49,459 nucleotides of DNA from Aeromonadales bacterium (lineage in GTDB: Bacteria > Pseudomonadota > Gammaproteobacteria > Enterobacterales > Succinivibrionaceae): positions 1-49,459 of the forward strand of contig JAAYPN010000068.1 of the NCBI GenBank assembly GCA_012519775.1. Reading direction: 5' to 3'. Positions 31,276-41,244 of this stretch are shown here, piece by piece (within the stretch, counting starts at the first letter, position 1; every line of letters starts with the position of its first letter). A program made the translations under genes and the position numbers. The notes below the pieces were generated by a model. The model was not told the DNA's origin. It was given only the letters and a program-made list of their open reading frames with translations, and searched no databases.

Positions 31276-32776
31276 ACTTAACTCCTAAAAGCTTGCAGGC
31301 AATCTCTCTGTCTGAAAAATGAATGGTTTTGTCTTTAAAGATCTGATAATCCTCATGACCTTTTCCTGCAATAACAATGCAGTCATTCTCTTTTGCCTTT
31401 GAAAATGCGTATTCAATTGCCTTTTCTCTGTCTTCAATTAAAGTGACATTATTAGCCTCTGATACGCCTAAAGCCATGTCATCTAAAATTGCTTTTGGCT
31501 CTTCAGAGCGTGGATTATCTGAGGTAAAGATAGCTTCATCAGCATAAACAGATGCCTTAATAGCCATAATAGGTCTCTTACCTTTATCTCTGTCACCGCC
31601 ACATCCGATAATACAGTAAACCTTGCCGTCACTGTGATGCTCGCGTACACCGCGAAGCACCTGCTCTACACCATCTGGTGTATGAGCATAATCAACTACG
31701 ATATGAGGCTTGCCCTCTTTAATAAAGCACTCCATACGTCCTTTAATTGGCTTTAGCTTTGACGCCCCGTCCATAAGCTTGTCAAAGGAGAATCCAAGGC
31801 CTAGAAGCACTGTCAGTGCACAGGCAAAGTTCTCAACATTAAAGCCACCTAAAAGGCCTATTTCACAACGGCCTGTACCAAAGGATGATTCAACCTCAAG
31901 TGCAATTGAATGAGGCTTGTAGATTACTTTTTTAATCCATACATACTGGGTTAAAAATTGAGCTGAAACTGTGCTGAAAAAATTAGGTTTGCAGGAGTAG
32001 GCAATGCAGTTTCCGTATTTCTCTGCAAATTTAGAGCCCTGCTCGTTATCGACATTAATAGCAAGCTTGCTTTGAGGGACTCTTGCTAAAAAATCCTCTT
32101 TAGCTTTGGCGTAATCCTCCATGGTCTTATGGTAGTCTAAGTGGTCACGTGTTAAGTTTGTAAAACCGCCTGAGACAAACTGACAGCCATCTATTCTGCC
32201 TTCACATACACCGATTGAAGACACCTCTAAAGCAGCGTATCTTGCGCCCTGCTCTACAAGGTTGTGCAGAGTTTTATGAAGTCTTACTGAATCTAGTGTA
32301 GTGTTTGAGCTTTTCTCAAGATTTGGTAAAAAACCAAAACCTAAAGTTCCTAAAACAGCACATTTTGAATCGAGGCTATCTGAAAGGTACTGAGCAATAA
32401 GCTGTGTGATGGTACTTTTACCATTGGTACCTGTTATACCAATAAGGCCTAGCTGTGTTGATTGATTATCATAAAACCAGCTGCAGAACTCACCAAAGTT
32501 CTTTTTATCTGAGAACTTAACAAATGGAATGGTAATACCGTCTTTTTGCTCATCTGTTGGCTCATTGTCAGCCATATGTAAAATTGCACTTGCACCTAAG
32601 TCCTGAGCCTTCTTTGCATAATCAAGACCGTTTACCCTTGTGCCTTTTAAAGCTACGAATAAGGTGCCCGATTTAACAGCGCGAGAATCAACCTCTAAAT
32701 CTGTTAACTTAACTTCATCCACTTTCCTGCGGATACCCAAAAATTTATAAACTTCTTTTAAGGTTTTCATAGGCAA
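31268..32776 (-). CDS. murE: UDP-MurNAc-dipeptide-meso-DAP ligase
   Basis: TGTNGKST, DHLDYH, DYAHTPD, DNPR (meso-DAP specificity), GKGHE. Confidence 0.97.
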   Translation of the reverse strand: MPMKTLKEVYKFLGIRRKVDEVKLTDLEVDSRAVKSGTLFVALKGTRVNGLDYAKKAQDLGASAILHMADNEPTDEQKDGITIPFVKFSDKKNFGEFCSWFYDNQSTQLGLIGITGTNGKSTITQLIAQYLSDSLDSKCAVLGTLGFGFLPNLEKSSNTTLDSVRLHKTLHNLVEQGARYAALEVSSIGVCEGRIDGCQFVSGGFTNLTRDHLDYHKTMEDYAKAKEDFLARVPQSKLAINVDNEQGSKFAEKYGNCIAYSCKPNFFSTVSAQFLTQYVWIKKVIYKPHSIALEVESSFGTGRCEIGLLGGFNVENFACALTVLLGLGFSFDKLMDGASKLKPIKGRMECFIKEGKPHIVVDYAHTPDGVEQVLRGVREHHSDGKVYCIIGCGGDRDKGKRPIMAIKASVYADEAIFTSDNPRSEEPKAILDDMALGVSEANNVTLIEDREKAIEYAFSKAKENDCIVIAGKGHEDYQIFKDKTIHFSDREIACKLLGVKCD

Positions 32777-32777
32777 C

Positions 32778-34484
32778 CTACTTTTTTTCTACTAATTCTC
32801 TATCAGGCTTTACATTAAACTGCTGCAGTGCACGTTCCATAACCTCTCTGAATACAGGTCCTGAAACCACACCACCATGAAACTTACCAGCCTTAGGAGC
32901 ACTTATAACTACAACAAGTGCAAATCTTGGATTTGAAATCGGAGCAAATCCTGCAAAGGTGGACATGTAAAACTTACCGTAACCGCCTACTGATGCGATC
33001 TTCGCTGTACCTGTTTTACCTGCCACACGGTATCTGTCAATTGCAGCCTTGCCACCGGTACCCTCTGATACTACAGTTTCAAGTGCAACCAGCATCTTTC
33101 TAACCTGTTTAGGATCGGCTACAAGCTCAGCTTTTGGAGCCTTTGACAATCTTAAAATAGATACTGGTACTTTCATACCGCCGTTTGCAAGTGTAGAATA
33201 AGCTGAGGTCAGCTGCAGATTTGTTACAGCAACACCATAACCAAAGCCTAGTGTTGCCTTATCAATTTCAGACCAGAAAGAACGGTTGGCATTTAATCTG
33301 CCTTCGCTCTCGCCTACAAGACCTGAACGAGTCTTTGCACCAAAGCCAAAACGCTGCAGTACCTGTAAAATCTTATGAGGGCCAAGACGCATTGAGATCC
33401 TTGCCATACCGGTATTTGATGAATACTGAATAATATCAAGCAAGGTTCCCTGTGACATAGCGTGTGAGTCTCGAACCATTTTTCTATCTACAATAAATGG
33501 TCTTGTATCAAATACTTCAGACCAGTTTGTTGATTTTGCCTCTAAAGCTGCAAGAGCCACAATAGGTTTCATGGTTGAACCAGGCTCAAAGATATCTGTT
33601 GCGGCTCTGTTTTTAGCATTGGCGCTGTCAAAATGGCGTCTGTCATTTGGATCAAATGAAGGTGCATTAGCCAATGCTAAAATCTCACCTGTTTTCACGT
33701 CCATTAAAACAGCAGTACCGCTGTCTGCTTTGTTTTCTTCAACAGCCTTTTTCAGCATCTGATAGGCATAGGTCTGCAACCTGTTATCAATACTTAAAAT
33801 GATGTTGCCGCCAAGAGAGCCTTTTTTAACTGTACCTGTGTTTTCTACAATGCGATCGTATCTGTCTTTTTTTGCCAGGATTGTAGATGAGGTAGATGTC
33901 AGATAACTGTTAAAGCTCTGCTCTACACCATATACACCAACACCTTCACCATTTAAAAGACCTACAAGATTTGCATTTACCTCACCTGTTGGATAATGGC
34001 GAAGATAAGAATCGTTAAATACTAAGCCGTTTTTGGTGATCTTCTTTAAAAGAGGGGCTTTATCAGGAGATAAATAGTTCTTTAAATGCACATAGCGTTT
34101 TTTCGGATCTTTAGCGCTTTTATAAAGTTTGGATACATCAATCTCTAAAATTGATGCAATCTTAGCCATCTTGTTCTTATCGTCATAAGTGCCGTCCTCA
34201 TGCAGTCCTTTGGGATCGGCTGCTACTGTTTTAACAGGTACTGAAATTGCGAGGATCTTGCCGTTTCTGTCAGTAATCAGGCCGCGAGGAGGTTCATAAT
34301 GATAATTGCGGACTACACGGGCGTTACCCTCTGCAATCAGAGCTTCAGGATGGAGAATCTGAATCCACAATAATCTGGTAATGATAAATCCAAAACAGAC
34401 TATAACTACAAACCAGAGAACACTGATACGTGTAAGGCTAAGCTGTAAACGCCCACTACCGTTTTTATCACGAATTAGAGCCAT
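32778..34484 (-). CDS. ftsI: Penicillin-binding protein 3
   Basis: RGLITDRNG, STMK (SxxK), SSN (SxN), KTGT. Confidence 0.96.
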   Translation of the reverse strand: MALIRDKNGSGRLQLSLTRISVLWFVVIVCFGFIITRLLWIQILHPEALIAEGNARVVRNYHYEPPRGLITDRNGKILAISVPVKTVAADPKGLHEDGTYDDKNKMAKIASILEIDVSKLYKSAKDPKKRYVHLKNYLSPDKAPLLKKITKNGLVFNDSYLRHYPTGEVNANLVGLLNGEGVGVYGVEQSFNSYLTSTSSTILAKKDRYDRIVENTGTVKKGSLGGNIILSIDNRLQTYAYQMLKKAVEENKADSGTAVLMDVKTGEILALANAPSFDPNDRRHFDSANAKNRAATDIFEPGSTMKPIVALAALEAKSTNWSEVFDTRPFIVDRKMVRDSHAMSQGTLLDIIQYSSNTGMARISMRLGPHKILQVLQRFGFGAKTRSGLVGESEGRLNANRSFWSEIDKATLGFGYGVAVTNLQLTSAYSTLANGGMKVPVSILRLSKAPKAELVADPKQVRKMLVALETVVSEGTGGKAAIDRYRVAGKTGTAKIASVGGYGKFYMSTFAGFAPISNPRFALVVVISAPKAGKFHGGVVSGPVFREVMERALQQFNVKPDRELVEKK

Positions 34485-34485
34485 A

Positions 34486-35064
34486 TTATCTTAAATCTAC
34501 TACAACTTCATCTTCTGTTTTAGGCTGTACCATACCAAGCTCCTGAGCATTCTGTCTGATAATTGAATACTCAGTTAAAGCCTCTCTTTCAGAGAGAAGT
34601 GACAGCCATTGTTTATGCAACTGGTCATTATGTTTTGCCACTTCATTATATTGCACAGTCATATCTCTTGTCATTTGCACCTGATGAACCTTATATACAG
34701 CAAGTGTGGTTAACACCAGGATAAGTCCATAGGTCATGAAATTAGATAAGATGTCGTTGAAAATTGTTGGAACCAGAGCTTTTCTTTTTTCAGTTTCTAT
34801 TCCTGCATGATACAGACTAAGCAATGGTTGTGGTGTTGCGCTTGCAAACTTCTCTTCTTCTTTTTCCTCAGGAGTCTGCAGGCGTATAATTCTTTCTTCA
34901 ACAATCTGGGTAACCATAGGTACAGTTTTCTGCACCGGTCTTGCCTTTGGATTCGGTCTCTGACCAAACTTAGGCTCATTGTCTGCAGGTACTGCAGCCG
35001 GAGTTGAAGGTACTACTGAAGGGTAGTTTTCCTCTACCTTTCGTAGGGCGTTTGATTGTTGCAT
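34486..35064 (-). CDS. ftsL: Cell division protein FtsL with long N-terminal extension
   Basis: Between rsmH and ftsI; TM, coiled coil and W..L..E..L, LGM..P motifs. Confidence 0.85.
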   Translation of the reverse strand: MQQSNALRKVEENYPSVVPSTPAAVPADNEPKFGQRPNPKARPVQKTVPMVTQIVEERIIRLQTPEEKEEEKFASATPQPLLSLYHAGIETEKRKALVPTIFNDILSNFMTYGLILVLTTLAVYKVHQVQMTRDMTVQYNEVAKHNDQLHKQWLSLLSEREALTEYSIIRQNAQELGMVQPKTEDEVVVDLR

Positions 35065-36015
35065 TTATGGAAGCCTCTTAAGCCTTGAGCATACACGTAA
35101 TGTGGCACTACGCGATCTCACGTTCATCGCTATTTCCTCTGGGGTAGCTTTTATAGCTCCTCCGATTGGCTCCAGTTTTGCTGTAGACAGTCTTAATTTT
35201 TCGGATTCCTCAAAAGTAATAGGTAATCCGTTAGGTACTTTCTGACCCTGCGACTGATCTTTTATAAATGTTTTTACTATTCTGTCTTCAAGTGAATGGA
35301 AGCTGATTACACACAATCTGCCCTGATTTGCTAGAACGTCCAGGCTGCCCTGCAGAGCGTTCTGTAGTTCATCAAGCTCGCCGTTTACAGCAATTCTAAG
35401 TGCCTGAAAACAGCGTGTTGCCTTATGCTTTGGTGTAGGTTTTCCACCAATCACTCTTTTAATGAATTCTGATAACTGTAAAGTTGTCTCAAAAGGTTCC
35501 TTTTCTCTGTCGCGAACGATTGCTGAGGCAACCTTTGAAGCAAAGTTCTCCTCGCCGTATACCTTAAAGATATATGCAAGATCCTGTTTGGAATAGGTGT
35601 TTACGATGGTCTTTGCATCAAGTTTCGCGCTCTGATCCATTCTCATATCCAGAGGGCCATCCTTTTCAAAGGAGAAACCTCTTGACGGATCATCAATCTG
35701 AGGGGATGACACACCAATATCCATAAGGATGCCATCAACTTTACCTAGAATACCTTCCATCTCACAGACATCTTTGATGTTTGAAAAAGCGCTGTGAATA
35801 ATTTTGAATCGGTTATCTGTAATGCTTTTAGCAGCCTCAACAGCGGTTAAATCTCTATCTAAACCGTATAATCTGCCGTTAGGTCCTAATCTTTCTAAAA
35901 TCTTTCTTGAATGGCCACCACGACCAAAGGTCGCATCTACATAAATTCCATCTTCCCTGATTGCCAGTCCTTCTAGCACTTCATTTAACAATACAGGAAT
36001 ATGAGTGAAAGCCAT
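35065..36015 (-). CDS. rsmH: 16S rRNA m4C1402 methyltransferase
   Basis: HIPVLLNE, DATFGRGGHS, DIGVSSPQ, PLDMRMD, SFHSLEDR. Confidence 0.97.
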   Translation of the reverse strand: MAFTHIPVLLNEVLEGLAIREDGIYVDATFGRGGHSRKILERLGPNGRLYGLDRDLTAVEAAKSITDNRFKIIHSAFSNIKDVCEMEGILGKVDGILMDIGVSSPQIDDPSRGFSFEKDGPLDMRMDQSAKLDAKTIVNTYSKQDLAYIFKVYGEENFASKVASAIVRDREKEPFETTLQLSEFIKRVIGGKPTPKHKATRCFQALRIAVNGELDELQNALQGSLDVLANQGRLCVISFHSLEDRIVKTFIKDQSQGQKVPNGLPITFEESEKLRLSTAKLEPIGGAIKATPEEIAMNVRSRSATLRVCSRLKRLP

Positions 36016-36025
36016 ACAAACTCAC

Positions 36026-36508
36026 TTATAGCTTTAAGCCTTGTAAAACGGAATGAGAAGAAAGATCCTTTAGAGCTTCCTGAAGAACCTTATTATCAAC
36101 ATCACGCTGAGCCTTGTAACTATCTTCAGACCAAAGCTCAAATTTATTATTAAATCCAATCAGATATGCGCATTTTTTAAGACCTGCAAGCTCACGAAGT
36201 TCCTGTGGCAGAAGAATTCTACCCTGAACGTCAAGCTGGCAGAATACAGCGCTACCAAGTATCACACGCTGTATGGTCCTGCATAGAGGATCGGTAAGCG
36301 TAGGAAGAGCACCTAAGGTTGCAACTACACTATCCCATTCATCTACAGGGTATAGCCATAGGCAGTTTTCGAATAAAGATCTTGTTACTACACATGCACC
36401 TTCATTCTGATCCATCAGGTTATCTCTATAACGGGCAGGTATAAGCAAGCGTCCCTTTGTATCAAGGGATACTTCTGATGTACCGCTTAACAGTAAGCCA
36501 TCAAACAT
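36026..36508 (-). CDS. mraZ: Transcriptional regulator MraZ
   Basis: Duplicated DxKGR/DxQGR motifs (LDTKGRLLIP, LDVQGRILLP), FELW. Confidence 0.95.
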   Translation of the reverse strand: MFDGLLLSGTSEVSLDTKGRLLIPARYRDNLMDQNEGACVVTRSLFENCLWLYPVDEWDSVVATLGALPTLTDPLCRTIQRVILGSAVFCQLDVQGRILLPQELRELAGLKKCAYLIGFNNKFELWSEDSYKAQRDVDNKVLQEALKDLSSHSVLQGLKL

Positions 36509-36544
36509 ACCATACCGTCCATTAATGATAATTTTAGGGAATTA

Positions 36545-36581
36545 CTTCCACAATCTCCCACTTTTTACCATAAGTTTACCA
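36545..36581 (-). promoter_or_regulatory. MraZ-box-like direct repeats upstream of mraZ
   Basis: Minus strand TGGTA, TGGTA, TGGGA, TGGAA at 11/10/10-nt spacing, like the TGGGN repeats bound by MraZ. Confidence 0.65.
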
Positions 36582-36795
36582 AACAAATTTATTAATTCAA
36601 GGACTATATATCTGAATAAAATAAAATTATCCCTATAATTCAGATAGTTATATTTTTAGTAAATCGCAAATAAAGATAATTATTTTCTAAATGGAGGATT
36701 GCTATCTTTATAAAAAATAAAGACAAAATGAGCGTTATTAATTTGAATAAGTCAGGAATATTTTTTATTTTGAAGAAAAAATATAAAGATGTGAG

Positions 36796-36827
36796 AAAAA
36801 ACACATTTTGCGCTGTGCGCAAACGTG
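36796..36827 (-). terminator. Terminator after rnpB
   Basis: CACGTTTGCGC-ACA-GCGCAAAATGTG stem followed by T6 on the minus strand. Confidence 0.65.
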
Positions 36828-36844
36828 CAGAATTTGTTTTCAAA

Positions 36845-37216
36845 GTGAGCCGACCTATAAGCCGAGTTCTGTTCTGCAATGCAGTGGCAACCATTCCTCT
36901 AGGCTAGCAATCGCTCGCTAGCTCCAGCAATCAACCCGCTCTTACTTCGGACCAAAGTATAAAGAGCCTATTTGATCTTGCTCCAGGTGGAGTTTACCAT
37001 GCCTTTTTTATTGCTAAAAAAGCGGTGAGCTCTTACCTCGCCTTTTCACCCTTACCATAAATGGCGGTTTACTTTCTGTTGCACTTGTCATGGGCTTGCG
37101 CCCTCCAGGCGTTACCTGGCACCTTGTCCTGCGGAGCTCGGACTTTCCTCCCCCGTGACCGTATGCTTAAAAAGCTCAAACACGCGTACACGGCAGCGGT
37201 TGCCTGGTCGACTCGC
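36845..37216 (-). ncRNA. rnpB: RNase P RNA (bacterial type A)
   Basis: GAGGAAAGTCCG and ACAGAACTCGGCTTA conserved regions, GGTAAACTCCACC, paired ends GAGTCGACC / GGTCGGCTC. Confidence 0.96.
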
Positions 37217-37220
37217 GCAC

Positions 37221-37229
37221 ATTATAACA
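37221..37229 (-). promoter_or_regulatory. rnpB promoter (extended -10)
   Basis: TGT-TATAAT followed by GC-rich discriminator GTGCGCG immediately before the RNA. Confidence 0.65.
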
Positions 37230-37259
37230 TTAAAAATTTATTTGTTTTTGTTATGAGAT

Positions 37260-37286
37260 AAAAAAGCTCTATATCGCTATAGAGCT
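37260..37286 (-). terminator. Terminator after rsmI
   Basis: AGCTCTATA / TATAGAGCT stem followed by a T tract on the minus strand. Confidence 0.75.
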
Positions 37287-37343
37287 CCTATGTTTATGAA
37301 TGGATAAAAGATTGTGTTTTATCTGTTTAGACTACGATAAAAC

Positions 37344-38192
37344 TTAATCCTGCTGCTGTTTAAGTTCTAGAGCAAGATTGTACAAATCATTCTTTTTAAC
37401 GCCTGTAAGCTCAGCTAAAACATTTGTAACAGCCTTTACAGGACTTGTTTTAATCAGCTCTTCTAATGCCTTTTTAATCTTAGGATCGATTGCATTGTTG
37501 CCCTCATCCTTAAGAGCGCCAATTGCTACTACAAACTCACCTTTGGTTCTGTCTGCATCAGCCTTTAAAAAATCAGGAGCATCCTTTGCCTTTAATCTGT
37601 AGAAAGACTCAAAAGTCTTGGTCATTTCTCTGCATAAGGTAATGTCATGCTCTGGCAGCACTTTTGCTAAAGCCTCAGCAGTTGCCTGAATACGGCGTGG
37701 AGTTTCATAGAATACTGCAGTGTAATCAACGTTAGTCAGTGCTGCTAATGTATCTAAAAGCTCTTTTTCCTTAACAGGGAAAAAGCCGTTGAACATAAAC
37801 TTGTCTGTAGGAAGTGCACTTGCCTCAAGAGCGGTAATTAAAGCGCAGGGACCAGGAAGCGGCACAACCTTTACATTTGCTTTTGAGCACAAGGTTACAA
37901 CTCTGTAGCCAGGATCGTTAATTAAAGGAGAGCCAGCGTCTGAGATTAAAGCTACAACAGCGCCATTTGATACTTCTTCGATAATGATAGAAGCCCTTTG
38001 CTCCTCATTATGGTCATGACAGCTGATTAGCTTTTTACCGCTGATTCCAAGCTTATCTAAAAGAATTTTAGAGTGACGGGTATCCTCTGCTGCAATTAAG
38101 GTCGCAGCCTTTAATACGTCAATTGCTCTAATGGTGATGTCATCAAGATTTCCTATAGGAGTAGGAACAATGTATAAAGCGCTCTCAATCAT
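37344..38192 (-). CDS. rsmI: 16S rRNA C1402 2'-O-methyltransferase
   Basis: LYIVPTPIGNLDDIT, AEDTRH, SDAGSPLINDPG, CREMTK, KGEF. Confidence 0.97.
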   Translation of the reverse strand: MIESALYIVPTPIGNLDDITIRAIDVLKAATLIAAEDTRHSKILLDKLGISGKKLISCHDHNEEQRASIIIEEVSNGAVVALISDAGSPLINDPGYRVVTLCSKANVKVVPLPGPCALITALEASALPTDKFMFNGFFPVKEKELLDTLAALTNVDYTAVFYETPRRIQATAEALAKVLPEHDITLCREMTKTFESFYRLKAKDAPDFLKADADRTKGEFVVAIGALKDEGNNAIDPKIKKALEELIKTSPVKAVTNVLAELTGVKKNDLYNLALELKQQQD

Positions 38193-38395
38193 AGCTCTCG
38201 TCTCAAAACTTTGAATGAAGCAATTCTACACTATATTTAAGACTTTGATAAATTTATACAATTGCAGGCCGTTATTAACATGAATAGTTTAAGTATGCAC
38301 TTATATTCGAATTTGAAATAAAAGCAACACATTAAGTTCAATATGATAAAATGTGCAGTTATCTGTACGAAATTTAGCTTTGTAGGAACACTATT

Positions 38396-40192
38396 GTGAA
38401 AGCAAAAAGGTCAAAATTAAATTTATATGTCTGCAGTCTGCTTACTGCTGCAACATTAACACTAGGTGGTTGTACATCTACATCAACTCAGAAGATTGTA
38501 TCTGCAAATGCCTTTGGTCCACTTACTTTATCCACTCAGGAATATCAGAACGCCTACAACGATGCCAGTGAAGAACTAAGTTATAAAGCTTTAATCTTAC
38601 TTGCCCGTTCAAAAATTGTTTCAGGTGATCTTGAAGGTGCAAAGCAGGATGTTGCAACTTTAGAGACAAAAGCTTCTACACAGGTTGAACAGCAGGAAAG
38701 CACCATCCTAAAAGCAATGATTTTATCAAGAGAAAACCATTGCAAGGGTGCTTCAGACCTTCTAAAGAGTGTTAAGTACAATGCTCTTCCAAAGCAGGAC
38801 ATCTCCTACTACCTGATCTTAAATTCAAATGTGAACGCAAGATTATTCAAGCAGACCAAGAATCCTAGCTACCAGATTGTAGCTTACAAGAACAAGGCCA
38901 CTTTACTCAATTACATTGACAAGAAGTCAGATAGAGAAACAGTAATCAATCAGAGCATTGACCTGTTGAATGAGCTTGATTCAAATACTATCGCAGTTGC
39001 TCTGTCAAACGCTAAAACAGATTTGGATAAAGGCTTCTATGAGTACTCTATCGTATCACGCTCAGCTTCAAATGATTTAAAAGACAAGGTATTACAGGAT
39101 TTCTCTGTAAAATATCCAGGCCACCCTATCAATGAACTGATTGCAAAAGCTAATGCTGAAGAAACAGCTACAACTACTGTAGTTGCATCTGGCAATGATA
39201 ACAATACTGATGCAAACGCTGTTGCCGCAGATGTTCCGGCACAGGCTTTATTTACATTAAACGACGGTGATAAAATTGCAGTTTTATTACCACTTACAGG
39301 CCGTTTTGCAGCTGTTGTAGGAGAGCCTGCTAAACTTGGTATTCTTACAGCGCTAAAAGACAGAAACAGCGCTTCAAAAGTTGTTTTCTATGATACCAAC
39401 AAGTTAAACATCTCTGATATCGTAGCTAAAATTTCAAACGACGGTACAAAGCTAATTATTGGCCCAGTACTAAAGCCTGAGGTTAAAGCTCTAAACAATG
39501 CTAATACCAAGATCCCATCAATCGTATTCAATGATGCTGACAACAAGTCAGTAAATCAGTGGTACTTTGATTTAGGACCTAACTATGAAGGCGCACTTGC
39601 AGCTTCAAAGGTATACGCTGACGGATTTAAAAAGCCTGTAGTAATTGCTCAGAGCACCGATACCTCTTCTCAGAGATCAGCTATTAACTTCAAGCAGAAC
39701 TTTGATAAGGTAAACAAGAATACCATCATCTGCAATTACAGCGATCCTAATAAGATTGAAAGCCAGATTGCAAACTGCCCTCTTGCTCAGGCTGACAGCG
39801 CCTACATCAGCGCTTCAGTCATTGATGCTGTGGTTATTAAACAGAAGATACCAGCAAACGTTGCAGTATATCTGACTGACAAGAGCTACATGGGCGTTAA
39901 CAACACCTCTCAGGAGCTTGCTCTAAAGGGTGCTAAATTAGGTGATATGCCATGGTTACTTACAGATAGTGCTTTAAAGGATTCATTCATGAAGTCACTG
40001 CCAAAGGCAAACAGCCAGGTACAAAGAGTATTTGCAGCATCATATGACGCAATTAACTTTGCATTCTCTGTTAACCATCTAGCCCAAAACCGCGATGACG
40101 TATTACACGGCTTAACCGGTGATATCTCATTAGGTCAGAACGGTTTAATTGAAACCTCACCTATGTGGGTTAAATTAGGTAAGTTAAGATAA
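38396..40192 (+). CDS. lpoA: Penicillin-binding protein activator LpoA-family lipoprotein
   Basis: Lipobox LGGC, YPGHP, IAVLLPLTG, IIGPVLK, DMPWL, GLTG; divergent from rsmI as usual; GTG start. Confidence 0.88.
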   Translation: MKAKRSKLNLYVCSLLTAATLTLGGCTSTSTQKIVSANAFGPLTLSTQEYQNAYNDASEELSYKALILLARSKIVSGDLEGAKQDVATLETKASTQVEQQESTILKAMILSRENHCKGASDLLKSVKYNALPKQDISYYLILNSNVNARLFKQTKNPSYQIVAYKNKATLLNYIDKKSDRETVINQSIDLLNELDSNTIAVALSNAKTDLDKGFYEYSIVSRSASNDLKDKVLQDFSVKYPGHPINELIAKANAEETATTTVVASGNDNNTDANAVAADVPAQALFTLNDGDKIAVLLPLTGRFAAVVGEPAKLGILTALKDRNSASKVVFYDTNKLNISDIVAKISNDGTKLIIGPVLKPEVKALNNANTKIPSIVFNDADNKSVNQWYFDLGPNYEGALAASKVYADGFKKPVVIAQSTDTSSQRSAINFKQNFDKVNKNTIICNYSDPNKIESQIANCPLAQADSAYISASVIDAVVIKQKIPANVAVYLTDKSYMGVNNTSQELALKGAKLGDMPWLLTDSALKDSFMKSLPKANSQVQRVFAASYDAINFAFSVNHLAQNRDDVLHGLTGDISLGQNGLIETSPMWVKLGKLR

Positions 40193-40206
40193 TCCAATCT
40201 TCTTAC

Positions 40207-40244
40207 AAAAAAGCTCCAGTTATTGATTTAAATGGAGCTTTTTT
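40207..40244. terminator. Bidirectional terminator between lpoA and sspB
   Basis: A6-GCTCCA ... TGGAGC-T6. Confidence 0.8.
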
Positions 40245-40263
40245 ATATCTTAATTTTTTAAAC

Positions 40264-40767
40264 TTAATCTTTTACAAATTCAAAGCCTGGCTCTGATGGT
40301 ACCTCAGGAGCTTTTTCTGTCTTAAGAGAGCTTTGCTCGGAAGATTGTTCTGATGATGAGGAATTATCCTCAACCTCAAACTCTGGAGAGAAATCATCAT
40401 TGATATCATCGATAAGATCTTCAGCAGGAGCAAGTTCAAGCTGCTCTAGAGCCTTTCCAATTGGGAATGAAGTTCCTGTCTCTAAAGCGATTAGATCTTC
40501 CATTGCTAGATATGGAATATAAATGTCCTGACTTACACCTTTAAATCTTGCTTTAAAGGAAATACCTGATTTAAGACACTTATAATCAAAGATTGCTGCA
40601 GGCTTTAAGCTTAGGATAATACTGCCGTCTTTTATGAATTCTTGAGGAACAATTACACCAGGAAAATTAGCATCCACCAGGATATGTGGAGTAATTTCAT
40701 TGTCTACCATCCAATCATAGTATGCAGTAAATAAAAATGGCTTGGTGCTGGATAATTTATCTTTCAT
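40264..40767 (-). CDS. sspB: ClpXP adaptor SspB
   Basis: KPFLFTAYYDWMVDNEITPHILVDA, F.ARFKG, A.E.G; acidic tail; RBS GAGGAG. Confidence 0.88.
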   Translation of the reverse strand: MKDKLSSTKPFLFTAYYDWMVDNEITPHILVDANFPGVIVPQEFIKDGSIILSLKPAAIFDYKCLKSGISFKARFKGVSQDIYIPYLAMEDLIALETGTSFPIGKALEQLELAPAEDLIDDINDDFSPEFEVEDNSSSSEQSSEQSSLKTEKAPEVPSEPGFEFVKD

Positions 40768-40786
40768 GGTTTTCTCCTCTTAGCTC

Positions 40787-40814
40787 ATTATAGCAAAGAA
40801 AAATGTGGAGTTAA
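40787..40814 (-). promoter_or_regulatory. Promoter candidate for sspB
   Basis: TTAACT-N16-TATAAT with extended -10 TGC, downstream of the intron 3' end. Confidence 0.55.
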
Positions 40815-40834
40815 TTATGACGAGTTCACAGGTA

Positions 40835-41242
40835 ATCGAGTATAGGGAAAGATTAACTCTCACTCCTCTGACAACACCGTACGTGTCGTTCGGTCCTTCA
40901 CGCTTAGTCTTCGCTACTACGACCTCGGCTGACTTCTTGCCATTCGTTGTTACTACGGTTTTACCGCTGACAAGAACTCCTCAGGTAAGGGCATTTTCTT
41001 TCACTCCATATATCCGCCATCTTTACAAAGTATGTTCCGTCTAACTATTGGACTTTGACTTATTTAGCAGCCTTATCCACATATTATGCCTAAGATGATT
41101 TCTGTTCGTCGGACCAGAGTTTTGCTATCCGCTTCTTTTGGCTACCATGTCACCATGACCACCTTGCGGTTTCGCTAAGTCTTCCCGTTAGCGGGCAACT
41201 TCGGGACTCACACCCTATAGATAATGCTCATGCTGAGCACAC
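40835..41242 (-). mobile_element. ORF-less, internally deleted group IIC intron
   Basis: 5' end GTGTGCTCAGCATGAGC...CTATAGGGTGTGAGTCCCGAA; domain I motifs CGCAAGG, GAAGCGGA, CTTACCTGAGGAG; AAGTCAGCCGAGGTCGTAGTA...GAAGGACCGAAC (domain III); CGTACGGTGTTGTCAGAGG (3' part of domain V); ends TACTCGAT; lies directly after the rpsI terminator. Confidence 0.9.
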
Positions 41243-41244
41243 AT

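Noticed and set aside
36640-37261. ORFs 36640-36894 and 37061-37261
   Set aside because: They overlap RNase P RNA and its AT-rich flank; spurious.
40805-41044. 79-aa plus-strand ORF
   Set aside because: Antisense to the group II intron RNA, with no recognisable motifs.
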